Virus record (IMG/VR): IMGVR_UViG_3300042389_000724
Span: 1-64,000 of that record
Length of the DNA stretch: 64,000 bases
Source of the DNA: a virus
Strand: one strand, 5' to 3'
Shown here piece after piece: positions 1-9,143 of the stretch. The translations under genes were made by a program, and so were the position numbers. Below the pieces are notes generated by a model, which ran no database searches, was not told the origin of the DNA, and saw only the letters and a program-made list of their open reading frames with translations. Within the stretch, counting starts at the first letter, position 1, and each line of letters begins with the position of its first letter.

Positions 1-1043
1 CCGTGGAGTTGCCGATCAAAACGACGGGAGCGGTAGTCCACCTGTTTCTCTGAGTATTGGGTGTCGCCATACGAACGCCATCCACTAGTGGTGACGAGAT
101 TTCCGCCAGTCATTTCGGACAGCATCAAATCGCTCAACTCCACACGATCACCCATGCGGATGCGCGGCAGTGATTCCTTCGTCTTCGTGCTACCGATGTA
201 GCCCATGAGCATCCAGCCTTCGTCCGTCTGTATACGAACGCGCCATCGCCACACGCTCATCTTTATGTCATACGCTTTTTGTCCAGGAGAATCCACATAC
301 GGGCTGTACCCCTCCCGATCTCCAATACGAAAGCGCGTCCTCTTGTACTTTTCTGTCTTCACGGGAATATCAAACACTGGATACAACTGCACGATCTTGC
401 CGCTGATGTCAAACGGACGCTTGAAATACTCGGGCTTCGGCTTTGGGCGGTCGCCGTGTTCCACGCCTTCGCGCAGTTCTCCCTCTACATCCATGTCAAC
501 CACTGTGTAGCCTGGAAACATACGCGCCAGATTGTTTGCCACGCGATTCTTGCCGCGCTGAAGCGCACGATCACGCAGCAGGTTCTCGCCTGTTGCCGCA
601 GAGATAATGGAAACAGTCTTGCGGAAGCGGTCAACGCGACCCTGATAGTCCGTCATGCCGCTCGGGTTGCGTGTTCGCTTTGCAGCAGCAAGGTACTCAG
701 GCAGATCACCGTGAATCACATCATGTGCGGTTTCGCCTTGCGGAATCTCGTACACCACGATCTTGCCGTGATCCCACCACCACAGCAGCGGCAAGTACTG
801 GCGCAGAGTCTTTACATCGGTTGTGGGTGGCAGTCCCCACTTCTCAAGCCAACGAGCATTGGGGTTGTCATGTCCTGTGTCGGTGTACGATGCGTACTGT
901 TTGCCGTCATAGGTGGTTTCGCCACGCAACCGCTCAAGCGTCTTCGCAGCGGTTTTTTTGTAGCCGCGTGGCTTGCGTGCGCCCTTGACCGCTTTGGTTG
1001 CAGAGATCACGGCTTCGCGGAGATGGTCGGTGAATGATTTCAT
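1..1043 (-). CDS. Putative internal head (ejected) protein, 3' end outside the window
   Basis: Not in the ORF track because it has no stop in the window. My translation from ATG 1043: MKSFTDHLREAVISATKAVKGARKP...LLWWWDHGKIVVYEI...QGRVDRFRKTVS...LARMFPGY, open to base 1. The N-terminus resembles the T4 capsid-targeting sequence. Confidence 0.8.
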   Translation of the reverse strand, partial: MKSFTDHLREAVISATKAVKGARKPRGYKKTAAKTLERLRGETTYDGKQYASYTDTGHDNPNARWLEKWGLPPTTDVKTLRQYLPLLWWWDHGKIVVYEIPQGETAHDVIHGDLPEYLAAAKRTRNPSGMTDYQGRVDRFRKTVSIISAATGENLLRDRALQRGKNRVANNLARMFPGYTVVDMDVEGELREGVEHGDRPKPKPEYFKRPFDISGKIVQLYPVFDIPVKTEKYKRTRFRIGDREGYSPYVDSPGQKAYDIKMSVWRWRVRIQTDEGWMLMGYIGSTKTKESLPRIRMGDRVELSDLMLSEMTGGNLVTTSGWRSYGDTQYSEKQVDYRSRRFDRQLH

Positions 1044-1045
1044 GT

Positions 1046-1447
1046 TCACGCTGTTTTCAGTTGGTAGGACGGAAACAACCGCTCTAGTTTGCGAGTGATG
1101 AGTTCTGTGGTGCGCTCACTTGCTCCAATGTTTGCGGACATGGTTTTGGTCTTGTGGTCAATGCGCCCCTGTGCCTCTATTTCACTGAAATCAAATTCAG
1201 GAAAAAGATCGGTGTGGTGCTGCTGTGTGTGCTGCAAGTCGCGCTGAACGATTCGCCCACGATGCCACACCCACAAGGACACTACGCCTGGACGAAGCCA
1301 CTTTGCGCCCATCGGTGCGGTCTTTGCTTCTTTTGCAGTAGGCTTTCGGAAACTCTTTGCGTGTGCGGCATCGCTTGCCGCAAAGAATCCAACGCGGAAG
1401 TAGTCCATCGGACTGGCTTCAGAAATGTACTGCATGAACGACTTCAT
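1046..1447 (-). CDS. Putative internal head protein, paralogous to the N-terminal domain of the 1..1043 protein
   Basis: Likely start MKSFMQYISEA at 1447, overlapping the upstream stop (ATGA). Shares WxWxxGxIV / QGR[IV]D / LxRxFPxY with its neighbour. Confidence 0.75.
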   Translation of the reverse strand: MKSFMQYISEASPMDYFRVGFFAASDAAHAKSFRKPTAKEAKTAPMGAKWLRPGVVSLWVWHRGRIVQRDLQHTQQHHTDLFPEFDFSEIEAQGRIDHKTKTMSANIGASERTTELITRKLERLFPSYQLKTA

Positions 1448-2187
1448 GCGGTCTGCCATTCCCGTGGACGAGTCCACTTGTACGCTTCGGTGCCTCGCGC
1501 ACCGCCCACGCGAATGGTCTGCACCTTGCCGTCCGCGCTGTTCAGCGTGGCAGGAGCGCGGCTGATCTCGCGGAGTGCTGCGCGGATGGAGGTGTTGTTG
1601 GTGCCCTCAAGGGTGGGCGACCCTCCGAATCTGCCGCCGCTGTACACCTTCAGCCAGCCCCTCATGTACGCCACACGCTGCACTTCGTATGCCAGGTCAA
1701 CGCTGCCGCTCAGAATCGCGGCGCGTGTAAAATCCTCGTCATACGGATACTCCGTGCCTTCGTTGTCGTAGTACTGTCTGCCCAGAGAGTTCAGGTACTG
1801 GGCTTCGGCAGCCAGTGCGCGATTCAGTTCAGCGGTGGTGATCCCGAATCGCTTGGGGTCTTTCACGATCTGTGTCACATGGAACTGTCCTTGCAGGTTC
1901 AGTTCGTCCATGTGGGAGAAGGTGAACCACCCGCGCTGCGGATGCCACCAGCCTGGTGTGTTCTTGTCGCCCATCCACGGGAACACTTTGCGACTGGTCT
2001 TTCGTCCTGCCGCTGCCAGTGCCGCCGCCGCTGTCCGTGACATGACACCGCCGTACCGCTGCGCCTGTCGCCGCTCGAACGCACGATCCTTTGCAGAGCG
2101 TGGCTGTGTCCATGCTGCGGGTGTGTACGCATTGGGGTTGTCCTCAATGGCAAGACGCTCGGAGATGTACTGGCGGAATCCCTTCAT
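1444..2187 (-). CDS. Putative internal head protein
   Basis: Likely start MKGFRQYISE at 2187, 5 nt downstream of CTAAATA. The ORF-track extension to 2334 crosses a terminator. Confidence 0.75.
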   Translation of the reverse strand: MKGFRQYISERLAIEDNPNAYTPAAWTQPRSAKDRAFERRQAQRYGGVMSRTAAAALAAAGRKTSRKVFPWMGDKNTPGWWHPQRGWFTFSHMDELNLQGQFHVTQIVKDPKRFGITTAELNRALAAEAQYLNSLGRQYYDNEGTEYPYDEDFTRAAILSGSVDLAYEVQRVAYMRGWLKVYSGGRFGGSPTLEGTNNTSIRAALREISRAPATLNSADGKVQTIRVGGARGTEAYKWTRPREWQTA

Positions 2188-2192
2188 GCCCT

Positions 2193-2199
2193 TATTTAG
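2193..2199 (-). promoter_or_regulatory. T4-like late promoter CTAAATA (leaderless start follows)
   Basis: Similar to the T4 late consensus TATAAATA; lies directly after a terminator. Confidence 0.55.
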
Positions 2200-2200
2200 G

Positions 2201-2230
2201 CAAAAGAAAAACCCCCTTGCGGGGGTTGGG
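2201..2230 (-). terminator. Rho-independent terminator
   Basis: AACCCCC-GCAA-GGGGGTT hairpin followed by TTTCTTTT on the minus strand. Confidence 0.85.
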
Positions 2231-2257
2231 TGGCGTACACGAACCAAAGGCTTCGTT

Positions 2258-2836
2258 TCAATCGTAACCATCAAGTCCTGGACCGTCCATCTCGCGCCGA
2301 GTGGGACGGGTGGCACGGCGTTGGTCATCGGCATCCCTGTACCCGCCCATCTGTGCGTTGTAGTCTGCTCGAACAGCCCTGTCGGGATGGTTGCTCATTG
2401 TTCTGTGCCACTCTCTGGTCCGTGCGTGGTGTGCAGCCCAGTCACCCTTGCTTTTTTGTTTTGCGGCTGCGTGGGCGGGAGTGCCTTTGCGGATTGCTTT
2501 TCCTCCCTTTCCGTACAGAGTCTTGGATTTTTCCTCTCTGCTGGATGCCCGTTCGTGAGCCGCTAGAGCCTTGCGTGCTTTTGAACCACTACCAGGCTTC
2601 ATCCAGTCTGCCATTAACTTGTCGTGTTTGGCTTTGGTTTCTCTCCAACGATCATAGGTCTGTGCCATCTCAAACAACTCATCGGGAGCCAGGTCTAGTT
2701 CCTCGCAGAGAGCCAGCAGTGCGGCTTCAAGAGCAGCGGTGTACTCCTGTGCCTCATTCAGTGCAGCCTGTGGGTTCTGAACTTTGGCAATGCTCTCGTT
2801 GAGCGAGCGGTAGTTGTCGTGGTTGAATCGTGCCAT
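2258..2836 (-). CDS. Hypothetical virion/internal protein
   Basis: AGGAG RBS. N-terminus MARFNHDNYRSLNES is shared with 16708..17247. LNE/LFE motifs resemble prohead-protease cleavage sites. Confidence 0.75.
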   Translation of the reverse strand: MARFNHDNYRSLNESIAKVQNPQAALNEAQEYTAALEAALLALCEELDLAPDELFEMAQTYDRWRETKAKHDKLMADWMKPGSGSKARKALAAHERASSREEKSKTLYGKGGKAIRKGTPAHAAAKQKSKGDWAAHHARTREWHRTMSNHPDRAVRADYNAQMGGYRDADDQRRATRPTRREMDGPGLDGYD

Positions 2837-2855
2837 GTGTAGTCTCCTGTGTGGA

Positions 2856-3614
2856 TTACTTGCGCTTGGACTTTTTCGCTGAAGTCTTTCTCGGTGGATT
2901 CTCGTAGCGATTCAGTTCAGCGTCCAACTTGTCTGCCAGTTTTTCAAAACTGGTAGCCCACTTCTGCAACTCTGCCTTGTGTGCAGGTGTCAGGTCTTCG
3001 GGTCCAGCAACCATGTATCCCAACATATCCCAGTTCCCGCCTCTTGACCACATATCAAACAGTCTGCTGGCTTTATCGTAGATTCGGGTCATAGCCAGTG
3101 CGGTGCGGAACTCGTCTTCGTTTTTGATTGCCTCTGACAGTGGTTCGGTGGTGTCTCGCGCCTCGCCCACCACGCTCTTGATGGTGGTGTGGAGCCGCTT
3201 GTGGGCTTTCTCTCCTGCCTTGCCTGGCTTCTCCTCTAGGTCTTCGGCATTGGCGGCTTTCAGCCGTGCCGCTGCTGCTCGTTCACACGCGCTCGCTTCT
3301 TCCAGAGCGTGTCCCGCGCCCTTCGACCGCAGAATGCCACGAATGTCTGCCAGTTCACGGGAAGCGTCCTTGTCGCCGCGCAGCACCAGCCGCTCGTACT
3401 TCTTCTTTAGTTCACGCAACTGTGTGGTGCTTAACTTTTCCAATTGGGCGCGAGTGTGGGATTCGGCTACGGGCTTCGCCTCGTACTTGCCACCCTTCGG
3501 ATCATGCGCCTTTGGCTCTCCCTTTGGGGTCTTCTTGCCCTTCGGTGCAACAATCTCAGAAATGGTGCGAGTGAGGTCGGGATGGGAGTCTTTACGGAAT
3601 GGAAACTGGTTCAT
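2856..3614 (-). CDS. Hypothetical basic/charged protein, probable head-core component
   Basis: AGGAG RBS, 252 aa, multiple [ILV]-x-E motifs (ISE, VAE, LEE, VGE, LSE). Confidence 0.7.
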   Translation of the reverse strand: MNQFPFRKDSHPDLTRTISEIVAPKGKKTPKGEPKAHDPKGGKYEAKPVAESHTRAQLEKLSTTQLRELKKKYERLVLRGDKDASRELADIRGILRSKGAGHALEEASACERAAAARLKAANAEDLEEKPGKAGEKAHKRLHTTIKSVVGEARDTTEPLSEAIKNEDEFRTALAMTRIYDKASRLFDMWSRGGNWDMLGYMVAGPEDLTPAHKAELQKWATSFEKLADKLDAELNRYENPPRKTSAKKSKRK

Positions 3615-3844
3615 TGTGGGCGGTTCTCCTGTGAAATTATGTAGCCTTCCAAAGGAGTACGAGCAGAGGAGATGCGTAGCAAACGATTGAAGAATTCACG
3701 GCGTTTACCACAGCCACCACACTCGGGAATGCCTAGAGCGTGTGTGATGGAGGATATGGCATCACCTAGACCGAAACCCGCACTGGTAGCACCAGAAGGC
3801 GGATTAGAGGGAATATTTGAGAATGTAGCCCCACTTTGTGACAC
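3611..3844 (-). CDS. Small Cys-motif phage protein (GLGD...CGGCxKR)
   Basis: GLGDAISSITHALGIPECGGCGKRREFFN; GTG start with AAGGT upstream; stop overlaps the next start. Confidence 0.7.
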   Translation of the reverse strand: MSQSGATFSNIPSNPPSGATSAGFGLGDAISSITHALGIPECGGCGKRREFFNRLLRISSARTPLEGYIISQENRPQ

Positions 3845-3898
3845 TTTGACCCACCTTTTGTATGCTGTGAAATAATAGGGTTGTGCGTGTGATACCGT

Positions 3899-4183
3899 TT
3901 ATTGGGGTCCGTACTTGCGACCACGCAGAGAGGCAGCGCGATCTAAGTTCTCGCGGTATTTCTTAGGCACACCCCGCGCAATCTTCGCCGCGAGTTCTTT
4001 AAAGTCCGCGCCTGGTCCCACCTTAGCGTCTGCACCCATCACTGGCGCAGAGATACCGCGCTCTACTTTGCGCTTGCGGCAAGCGGGACACGGCTCCCCA
4101 CAGGGGAGGTCACGGTCGTCTATCTTTTTAATGTCTTCGAAAGCGTGGTGACACGCACGGCACTGGTACTCATAGGTGGGCAT
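3899..4183 (-). CDS. FmdB-family zinc-ribbon regulatory protein
   Basis: MPTYEYQCRAC...FE...CPAC signature; GGAG RBS. Confidence 0.85.
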   Translation of the reverse strand: MPTYEYQCRACHHAFEDIKKIDDRDLPCGEPCPACRKRKVERGISAPVMGADAKVGPGADFKELAAKIARGVPKKYRENLDRAASLRGRKYGPQ

Positions 4184-4208
4184 GGTGTAGATTCTCCACC
4201 TCTATGTA

Positions 4209-4628
4209 TCAGCACTCCCGTGCGAGTTTCCTCATGTACTTGCGGTGTTCCTGTAGCAGTACACGGCGAGGGATGGGCAATTTAAACTTTCTGCACAGTT
4301 CTAATGCCTCGGTTTCGGTCTGTGCTTCCAGCGTGTAGTAGTCCTTCTCTCTGTAGATGGGATCGTCACGCTGCCACTGTAGAAAATGGGCGTACTCATG
4401 GACAAGGGTGTACAGCCAGTCAGAGGTGCGGCGACCACCAACGGCGACACGCAGCACGCCGTTCTGTCCTCTGGCGTGCCACGGCTCCAAGAAATAGCCT
4501 TGGCAGCGTTCACCCCCACCATTTACTTCATGACCAGGTGACAGGATGAACCGCACATTGCACTTCTTGCACTGCTGGCGCACGGTTTGGAGAAAGGTTT
4601 GTACGCGGGGGTTTTTCATGTAAGCCAT
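4209..4628 (-). CDS. HEXXH zinc metallopeptidase-like protein
   Basis: TLVHEYAHFLQW followed by a downstream ExxxE; GAGGAG RBS. Confidence 0.7.
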   Translation of the reverse strand: MAYMKNPRVQTFLQTVRQQCKKCNVRFILSPGHEVNGGGERCQGYFLEPWHARGQNGVLRVAVGGRRTSDWLYTLVHEYAHFLQWQRDDPIYREKDYYTLEAQTETEALELCRKFKLPIPRRVLLQEHRKYMRKLAREC

Positions 4629-4932
4629 TGGAACTCCTCGGGTTAGACCACTAGTAGGTAGTCTAGTCTAGCACAGAAATCCGTGAAGAATAGGGGCGGG
4701 AACTACTTTAGTTCGCATTCAAAAATTTGTGCTGCTGGAGCACCCAGCGTGCTGGCGTGCAGGCTCGTGACTGTACTCATTAAGTGCGGTGTTAATTGAT
4801 TCATTCGGTGCGGACGATTGGAATATTCGGGGCGCGGGAACAGGGCAGAAACGCCCCCTGCGAGGTTATCGGACCTCGCTGTCCCCGTAACTCCTTATTT
4901 GACAGGTAGTTACGATTTTCGGCGGGTGACCC

Positions 4933-4961
4933 TTGCCGAAACCCACATTTTCCAGTACAAT
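4933..4961 (+). promoter_or_regulatory. sigma70-like early promoter (leaderless)
   Basis: TTGCCG-N17-TACAAT with ATG 6 nt after the -10 box. Confidence 0.7.
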
Positions 4962-4967
4962 TTAGGC

Positions 4968-7316
4968 ATGGTTCCGATTCTCTCTGCCACTACCCCGTCC
5001 GCTCCCACTGCTGCGAAGTCGATGCTTGCGCGTCTGCTTGCGGCTGAAAACATTTCGGTTGTTCACCAGAACATCCCGACCGCGTTCTTTGACCTGAAGA
5101 CGCGCAGTCTGCACCTCCCGCTGTGGAGCAACGCCAGCGGTGCGCTCTACGATATGCTTGTGGGTCACGAAGTGGCTCACGCGCTGTTCACTCCTGCGAA
5201 CGGTTGGCGGGATGCGATTGATTCGGTTGCTGCCGCCACTGGCTGCGACAAGGACACTGCGAAGCAGTACCTGAACATCGTTGAGGACGCGCGCATTGAG
5301 CGCATGATCCAGGCGAAGTTCCGTGGTCTGAAGTCGGACTTCATCGGTGCGTACAAGACCCTGATGGAGCGCGAGTTCTTTGGCGATATTTCAAATCCCA
5401 ACAGCATGATCTTTGCTGACCGCTTCAACCTCCACTTCAAGTGCGGTGTCCACGCTGGCACGGTGATCCGCTTCAGCGCGGAGGAAGCCGTGTTCGTGAC
5501 CCGTGGCGAGACTGTTGCGACTTGGGCGGATGTCGTGACCCTCGCGCAGGACATGATCACCTACGCGCAGGAACAGGCGGCGAAGGCGCAGCAGCAGCAG
5601 GATCAGCAGTCTGCCGCTGCTCCCTCGGACGAAGGCGACGAAGACGGCGAAGGCGTGGATGCCGAAGGCGAGACTGGTGAGCCGCAGGACGGCGATGCCG
5701 AAGCGAACAACGGCAGCGGCAAGGGTGACGAGTCGCAGTCGGACTCGCAGGATCAGTCGCAGTCGCCTGGCGACAAGCCCTCGGATTCGCAGGAAGACGG
5801 CGAGTCTGCCGCGAAGGGCAACAACGCGAAGCGTGTCGTGAACAACGAGATGCAGAGCGCGATTGCTCCGCAGACGAATCAGAACCTTGAGAAGGCTCTT
5901 GAGCAGTTTGCGAAGACGAGTGACGGCGTGGACGAGATCGTGCGCGTGAGCGCGGACAATATTTCACAGTCGGCGCGTGTGGTGGACTTCAAGACCGTGC
6001 TTTCTGATATGCGTTCGTCTGCCATGAGCCGCTACATGGGTGCGCCTGTCCGCATCGCTGACTACACCACTGCCTCGGTCACGATGGCGACCGCGTTCAA
6101 CCGCCGCAAGGCTGCTGACAACTGGCGGCGCACTAGCGTTGCGAAGACGGGTTCGCTTGATACCCTCCGCATGAACCAGTACAAGTGGAACGAAGACATC
6201 TTCCGCCGCACCACCCGCATCGCTGACGGCAAGAACCACGGCATCGTGATTCTGCTTGACTGGTCGTCCTCCATGAGTCCGATCATGCAGTCCACCATCG
6301 GTCAGTTGTTCATCCTCGCGGACTTCTGCCGCAAGGTCGGCGTTCCGTTCGAAGTGTACGCTTTCTCGGATCAGATGTACACGAACGGCAAGGACTACCT
6401 CAGCGCGACCGCTGTGCAGGAGCGCGAAGCGGCGTGGGATGCCGATCAGAAGCGTCGCAAGAACGCCCAACTCGTCACCCGCGATGTCACGATGCTGAAC
6501 TTCCTGTCCTCGCGCATGAACGGTGCGGAGTACGAAGCCGCGAAGACCTGCCTGTGGAACTGGCGACAGATGGGTACTTGCGACCACCGCTACGCGCTCA
6601 ACGGTACGCCGACCACTGCGGCTCTCGTTGCTGCTGCTGATCTTGTGGAGTCTTTCGTGAAGCGTACCCGTGTGCAGATCGCGCACACTATCGTGCTGAC
6701 TGACGGTGAACCGACCGACTGCATTGACTTCAACATGGATGCCGTCACTGGCACTACCGCCAACAGCCGCGACTACTCCAAGCGTTCGGCTGTCGTGATC
6801 GCTGATCCGCGCACGGGTGCTACCTATGACCTGTCGCGTCTCCGCAAGTACACGAAGGACGAGTACGGCTACCGCAAGTTCGCGGGTTACTTCCAGTTCG
6901 GTTCGGAAGGCATTCCTGAAACCGTTCAGCACCCCCACGCCATGATCGCTGCGGACATCATCCGCCGCCGCACTGGCGCGAAGATCCACTGGATCGGTCT
7001 GACGCTGCACCGCAGGAGCATTGATCCCTCGCACTACGGCATGGTGTGCAAGGACAACAATTGGAAGCGTGACGGTTTCATGCGCGGCGATGTTTGGGGT
7101 TGGGACTCTGCCATCGTGGTGGATGCCGACCGCTTCCTCCGCGAGGCGAACGGCGAAGTGTCCCGCACCGCGCAGCAGTTCCTTGACAAGGCTGAAGAGC
7201 GCATGGACAATGCCCACACGAAGGGCGCACTGGCGAAGGCGTTCATGGAAACGCAGATCGCGCAGGGTTCGCTCCGCACTGTGGCGACCCACATCGGTGA
7301 ATGCCTCGCGGTGTGA
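4968..7316 (+). CDS. Metallopeptidase-like plus VWA-domain protein (CobT-like partner of MoxR AAA+ in T4-like phages)
   Basis: HEVAH and EDARIE motifs, acidic linker, MIDAS DWSSS...GTP...TDG. Start reassigned to ATG 4968. Confidence 0.9.
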   Translation: MVPILSATTPSAPTAAKSMLARLLAAENISVVHQNIPTAFFDLKTRSLHLPLWSNASGALYDMLVGHEVAHALFTPANGWRDAIDSVAAATGCDKDTAKQYLNIVEDARIERMIQAKFRGLKSDFIGAYKTLMEREFFGDISNPNSMIFADRFNLHFKCGVHAGTVIRFSAEEAVFVTRGETVATWADVVTLAQDMITYAQEQAAKAQQQQDQQSAAAPSDEGDEDGEGVDAEGETGEPQDGDAEANNGSGKGDESQSDSQDQSQSPGDKPSDSQEDGESAAKGNNAKRVVNNEMQSAIAPQTNQNLEKALEQFAKTSDGVDEIVRVSADNISQSARVVDFKTVLSDMRSSAMSRYMGAPVRIADYTTASVTMATAFNRRKAADNWRRTSVAKTGSLDTLRMNQYKWNEDIFRRTTRIADGKNHGIVILLDWSSSMSPIMQSTIGQLFILADFCRKVGVPFEVYAFSDQMYTNGKDYLSATAVQEREAAWDADQKRRKNAQLVTRDVTMLNFLSSRMNGAEYEAAKTCLWNWRQMGTCDHRYALNGTPTTAALVAAADLVESFVKRTRVQIAHTIVLTDGEPTDCIDFNMDAVTGTTANSRDYSKRSAVVIADPRTGATYDLSRLRKYTKDEYGYRKFAGYFQFGSEGIPETVQHPHAMIAADIIRRRTGAKIHWIGLTLHRRSIDPSHYGMVCKDNNWKRDGFMRGDVWGWDSAIVVDADRFLREANGEVSRTAQQFLDKAEERMDNAHTKGALAKAFMETQIAQGSLRTVATHIGECLAV

Positions 7317-7404
7317 AAAACTCCCTATTTTCTGCAAATGGTGTAAATCGTTTAGTTACAAGAGGTTACAACGGATATTATCGGACGCGCTGTCCCCGTT
7401 GGGA

Positions 7405-7433
7405 TTGAAAAAAGCCTAGGAATACAGTACAAT
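7405..7433 (+). promoter_or_regulatory. sigma70-like early promoter (leaderless)
   Basis: TTGAAA-N17-TACAAT with ATG at 7441. Confidence 0.7.
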
Positions 7434-7440
7434 GAACCAC

Positions 7441-8793
7441 ATGAAGACCGCTTCTTTTACCGTTTCGTCCACTCAGCACTCTTTCATCGCCGCCGTGCGT
7501 TCGCACCTTGCGAAGCACGGACTCACTGCGAAGTCCACTTGCAACGGTCAGAGCGTTCAGTTCTCGCCGCTGTTCAAGGCGGCTCACGCCGCTGGCTACG
7601 CTGCTGTTCCCGCGTGGTGCATGAGCAGCGACCGCAAGGTGGGTCGCGGCGTGTACGCGCTGCCTGAACTCTTTGCGGACGATGCCGCGTTCACGATCAC
7701 CGAAGTGAAGCGTGGTCGCAAGCCTGGCAGCAAGTCTGCCAAGACCGCGAAGCGTATGGAGTCGAAGGCTGTTGCGGCTCCCGCTCCTGTCGTGACTGCG
7801 AACGCTCCCGTTGTTGAGGAGTGCAGCGCGGTCGCTCTGACCGCTGGCACGGACACTGCGGAACTCGCTCGTACGATCACGCAGGGCGAGAGCGAATCGT
7901 TCACGCCGTCCACGGATGACAACTACATTCCGTGGGGCTACCACAACGAGATCAAGTCGATCATCAAGTCGAAGCGGTTCTGCCCCGTGTTCATCACGGG
8001 TCTGAGCGGCAACGGCAAGACCACGATGGTCGAACAGGTCTGCGCGTCCCTCAAGCGCGAGTGTGTGCGCGTGAACTTCACCGCCGCGACCGATGAGGAC
8101 GAACTCCTCGGTGGCTTCCGCCTCATCGGTGGCGAGACTCGTTTCGTGCCTGGTCCCGTGCTTGTCGCTATGGAGCGCGGTGCGGTGCTGCTCCTTGACG
8201 AGATTGACCTCGGCGGTCACCTCATCATGTGCCTTCAGTCGGTGCTTGAGGGCAAGGGCAAGTTCATCCCGAAGATCGGCAAGTATGTGCGTCCTGCGCC
8301 TGGCTTCACCGTGGTCGCCACTGCGAACACGAAGGGCAAGGGCAGCGATGACGGTCGTTTCGCTGGCACGAACATCCTCAATGAGGCGTTCCTTGACCGC
8401 TTTGCGTTCACCTACGAGCAGGACTACGCTGACCCGAAGATTGAGAAGCGGATTCTCAAGAAGGTCGCGGACGGGCTTGGCGTGGACGATGATGCGTTCC
8501 TTGACAACCTCGTTTCGTGGGCGGACATCATCCGCAAGTCGTTCAAGCAGCAGGTGGTGAGCGAGATCATCACCACGCGCCGTCTGCGCGACATCGTGTT
8601 CGCGTACTCCGTGTTCGGTGACAAGATGACCGCGATTGAGCGGTGCGTGTCGCGGTTCGACCCGACCACGAAGGAGTCGTTCGTGCAGTTCTACACGAAG
8701 GTGGACGCGGACGCGCAGCCGAAGCCCGCTGAGGCGACCGATGCCGCCGCGAACACCGCGAAGGCGAACGATCCCAACGCTTGCCCGTTCTGA
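7441..8793 (+). CDS. MoxR/CobS-like AAA+ ATPase with N-terminal AT-hook-containing domain
   Basis: Walker A GLSGNGKT, Walker B LLLDEID, ATANTKGKG, LNEAFLDRF, TRRL. The ATG at 7432 lies inside the -10 box, so 7441 is preferred. Confidence 0.92.
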   Translation: MKTASFTVSSTQHSFIAAVRSHLAKHGLTAKSTCNGQSVQFSPLFKAAHAAGYAAVPAWCMSSDRKVGRGVYALPELFADDAAFTITEVKRGRKPGSKSAKTAKRMESKAVAAPAPVVTANAPVVEECSAVALTAGTDTAELARTITQGESESFTPSTDDNYIPWGYHNEIKSIIKSKRFCPVFITGLSGNGKTTMVEQVCASLKRECVRVNFTAATDEDELLGGFRLIGGETRFVPGPVLVAMERGAVLLLDEIDLGGHLIMCLQSVLEGKGKFIPKIGKYVRPAPGFTVVATANTKGKGSDDGRFAGTNILNEAFLDRFAFTYEQDYADPKIEKRILKKVADGLGVDDDAFLDNLVSWADIIRKSFKQQVVSEIITTRRLRDIVFAYSVFGDKMTAIERCVSRFDPTTKESFVQFYTKVDADAQPKPAEATDAAANTAKANDPNACPF

Positions 8794-8805
8794 TCGGAGG
8801 ACACC

Positions 8806-9123
8806 ATGAGTACGCTCGGCGGAATCAAAATCGTCCACACCCCCCAACAGGGGAAAACGCTTCACGAACACAACCAACTCAAAATCAAGTTTCCGAACGG
8901 GTACTCCGCAAGTGTGATCTATGGCGCACTCGCGTACAGTACAAACGAACGCGGTGAGCGTATCACCGCACCGCTCGGAGACATGGAGTACGCAGCCAGT
9001 GTAGAAATCGCAATCTACAATCCGCAAAATGAACCCGTCCCGTTCAAGGACGGCACCGAAGTCAAGGGATTCGTCCCGCTCACCGAACTGTTTCAGATTC
9101 TCAACTGGGTCGCAACCCGCTAA
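8806..9123 (+). CDS. Hypothetical phage protein (FPNGYSASV motif)
   Basis: GGAGG RBS; operon position. Confidence 0.75.
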   Translation: MSTLGGIKIVHTPQQGKTLHEHNQLKIKFPNGYSASVIYGALAYSTNERGERITAPLGDMEYAASVEIAIYNPQNEPVPFKDGTEVKGFVPLTELFQILNWVATR

Positions 9124-9143
9124 CACAAAAGGAAATGCCTTCA

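Noticed and set aside
205-1771. Plus-strand ORFs such as 279..1037 and 1154..1771
   Set aside because: Antisense to the coupled minus-strand genes that carry capsid-targeting-like leaders.
4968-8793. Cobalamin biosynthesis auxiliary genes (cobT/cobS)
   Set aside because: This VWA/MoxR pair is widespread in T4-like phages and often mislabelled; no cobN or other cob genes are present here.
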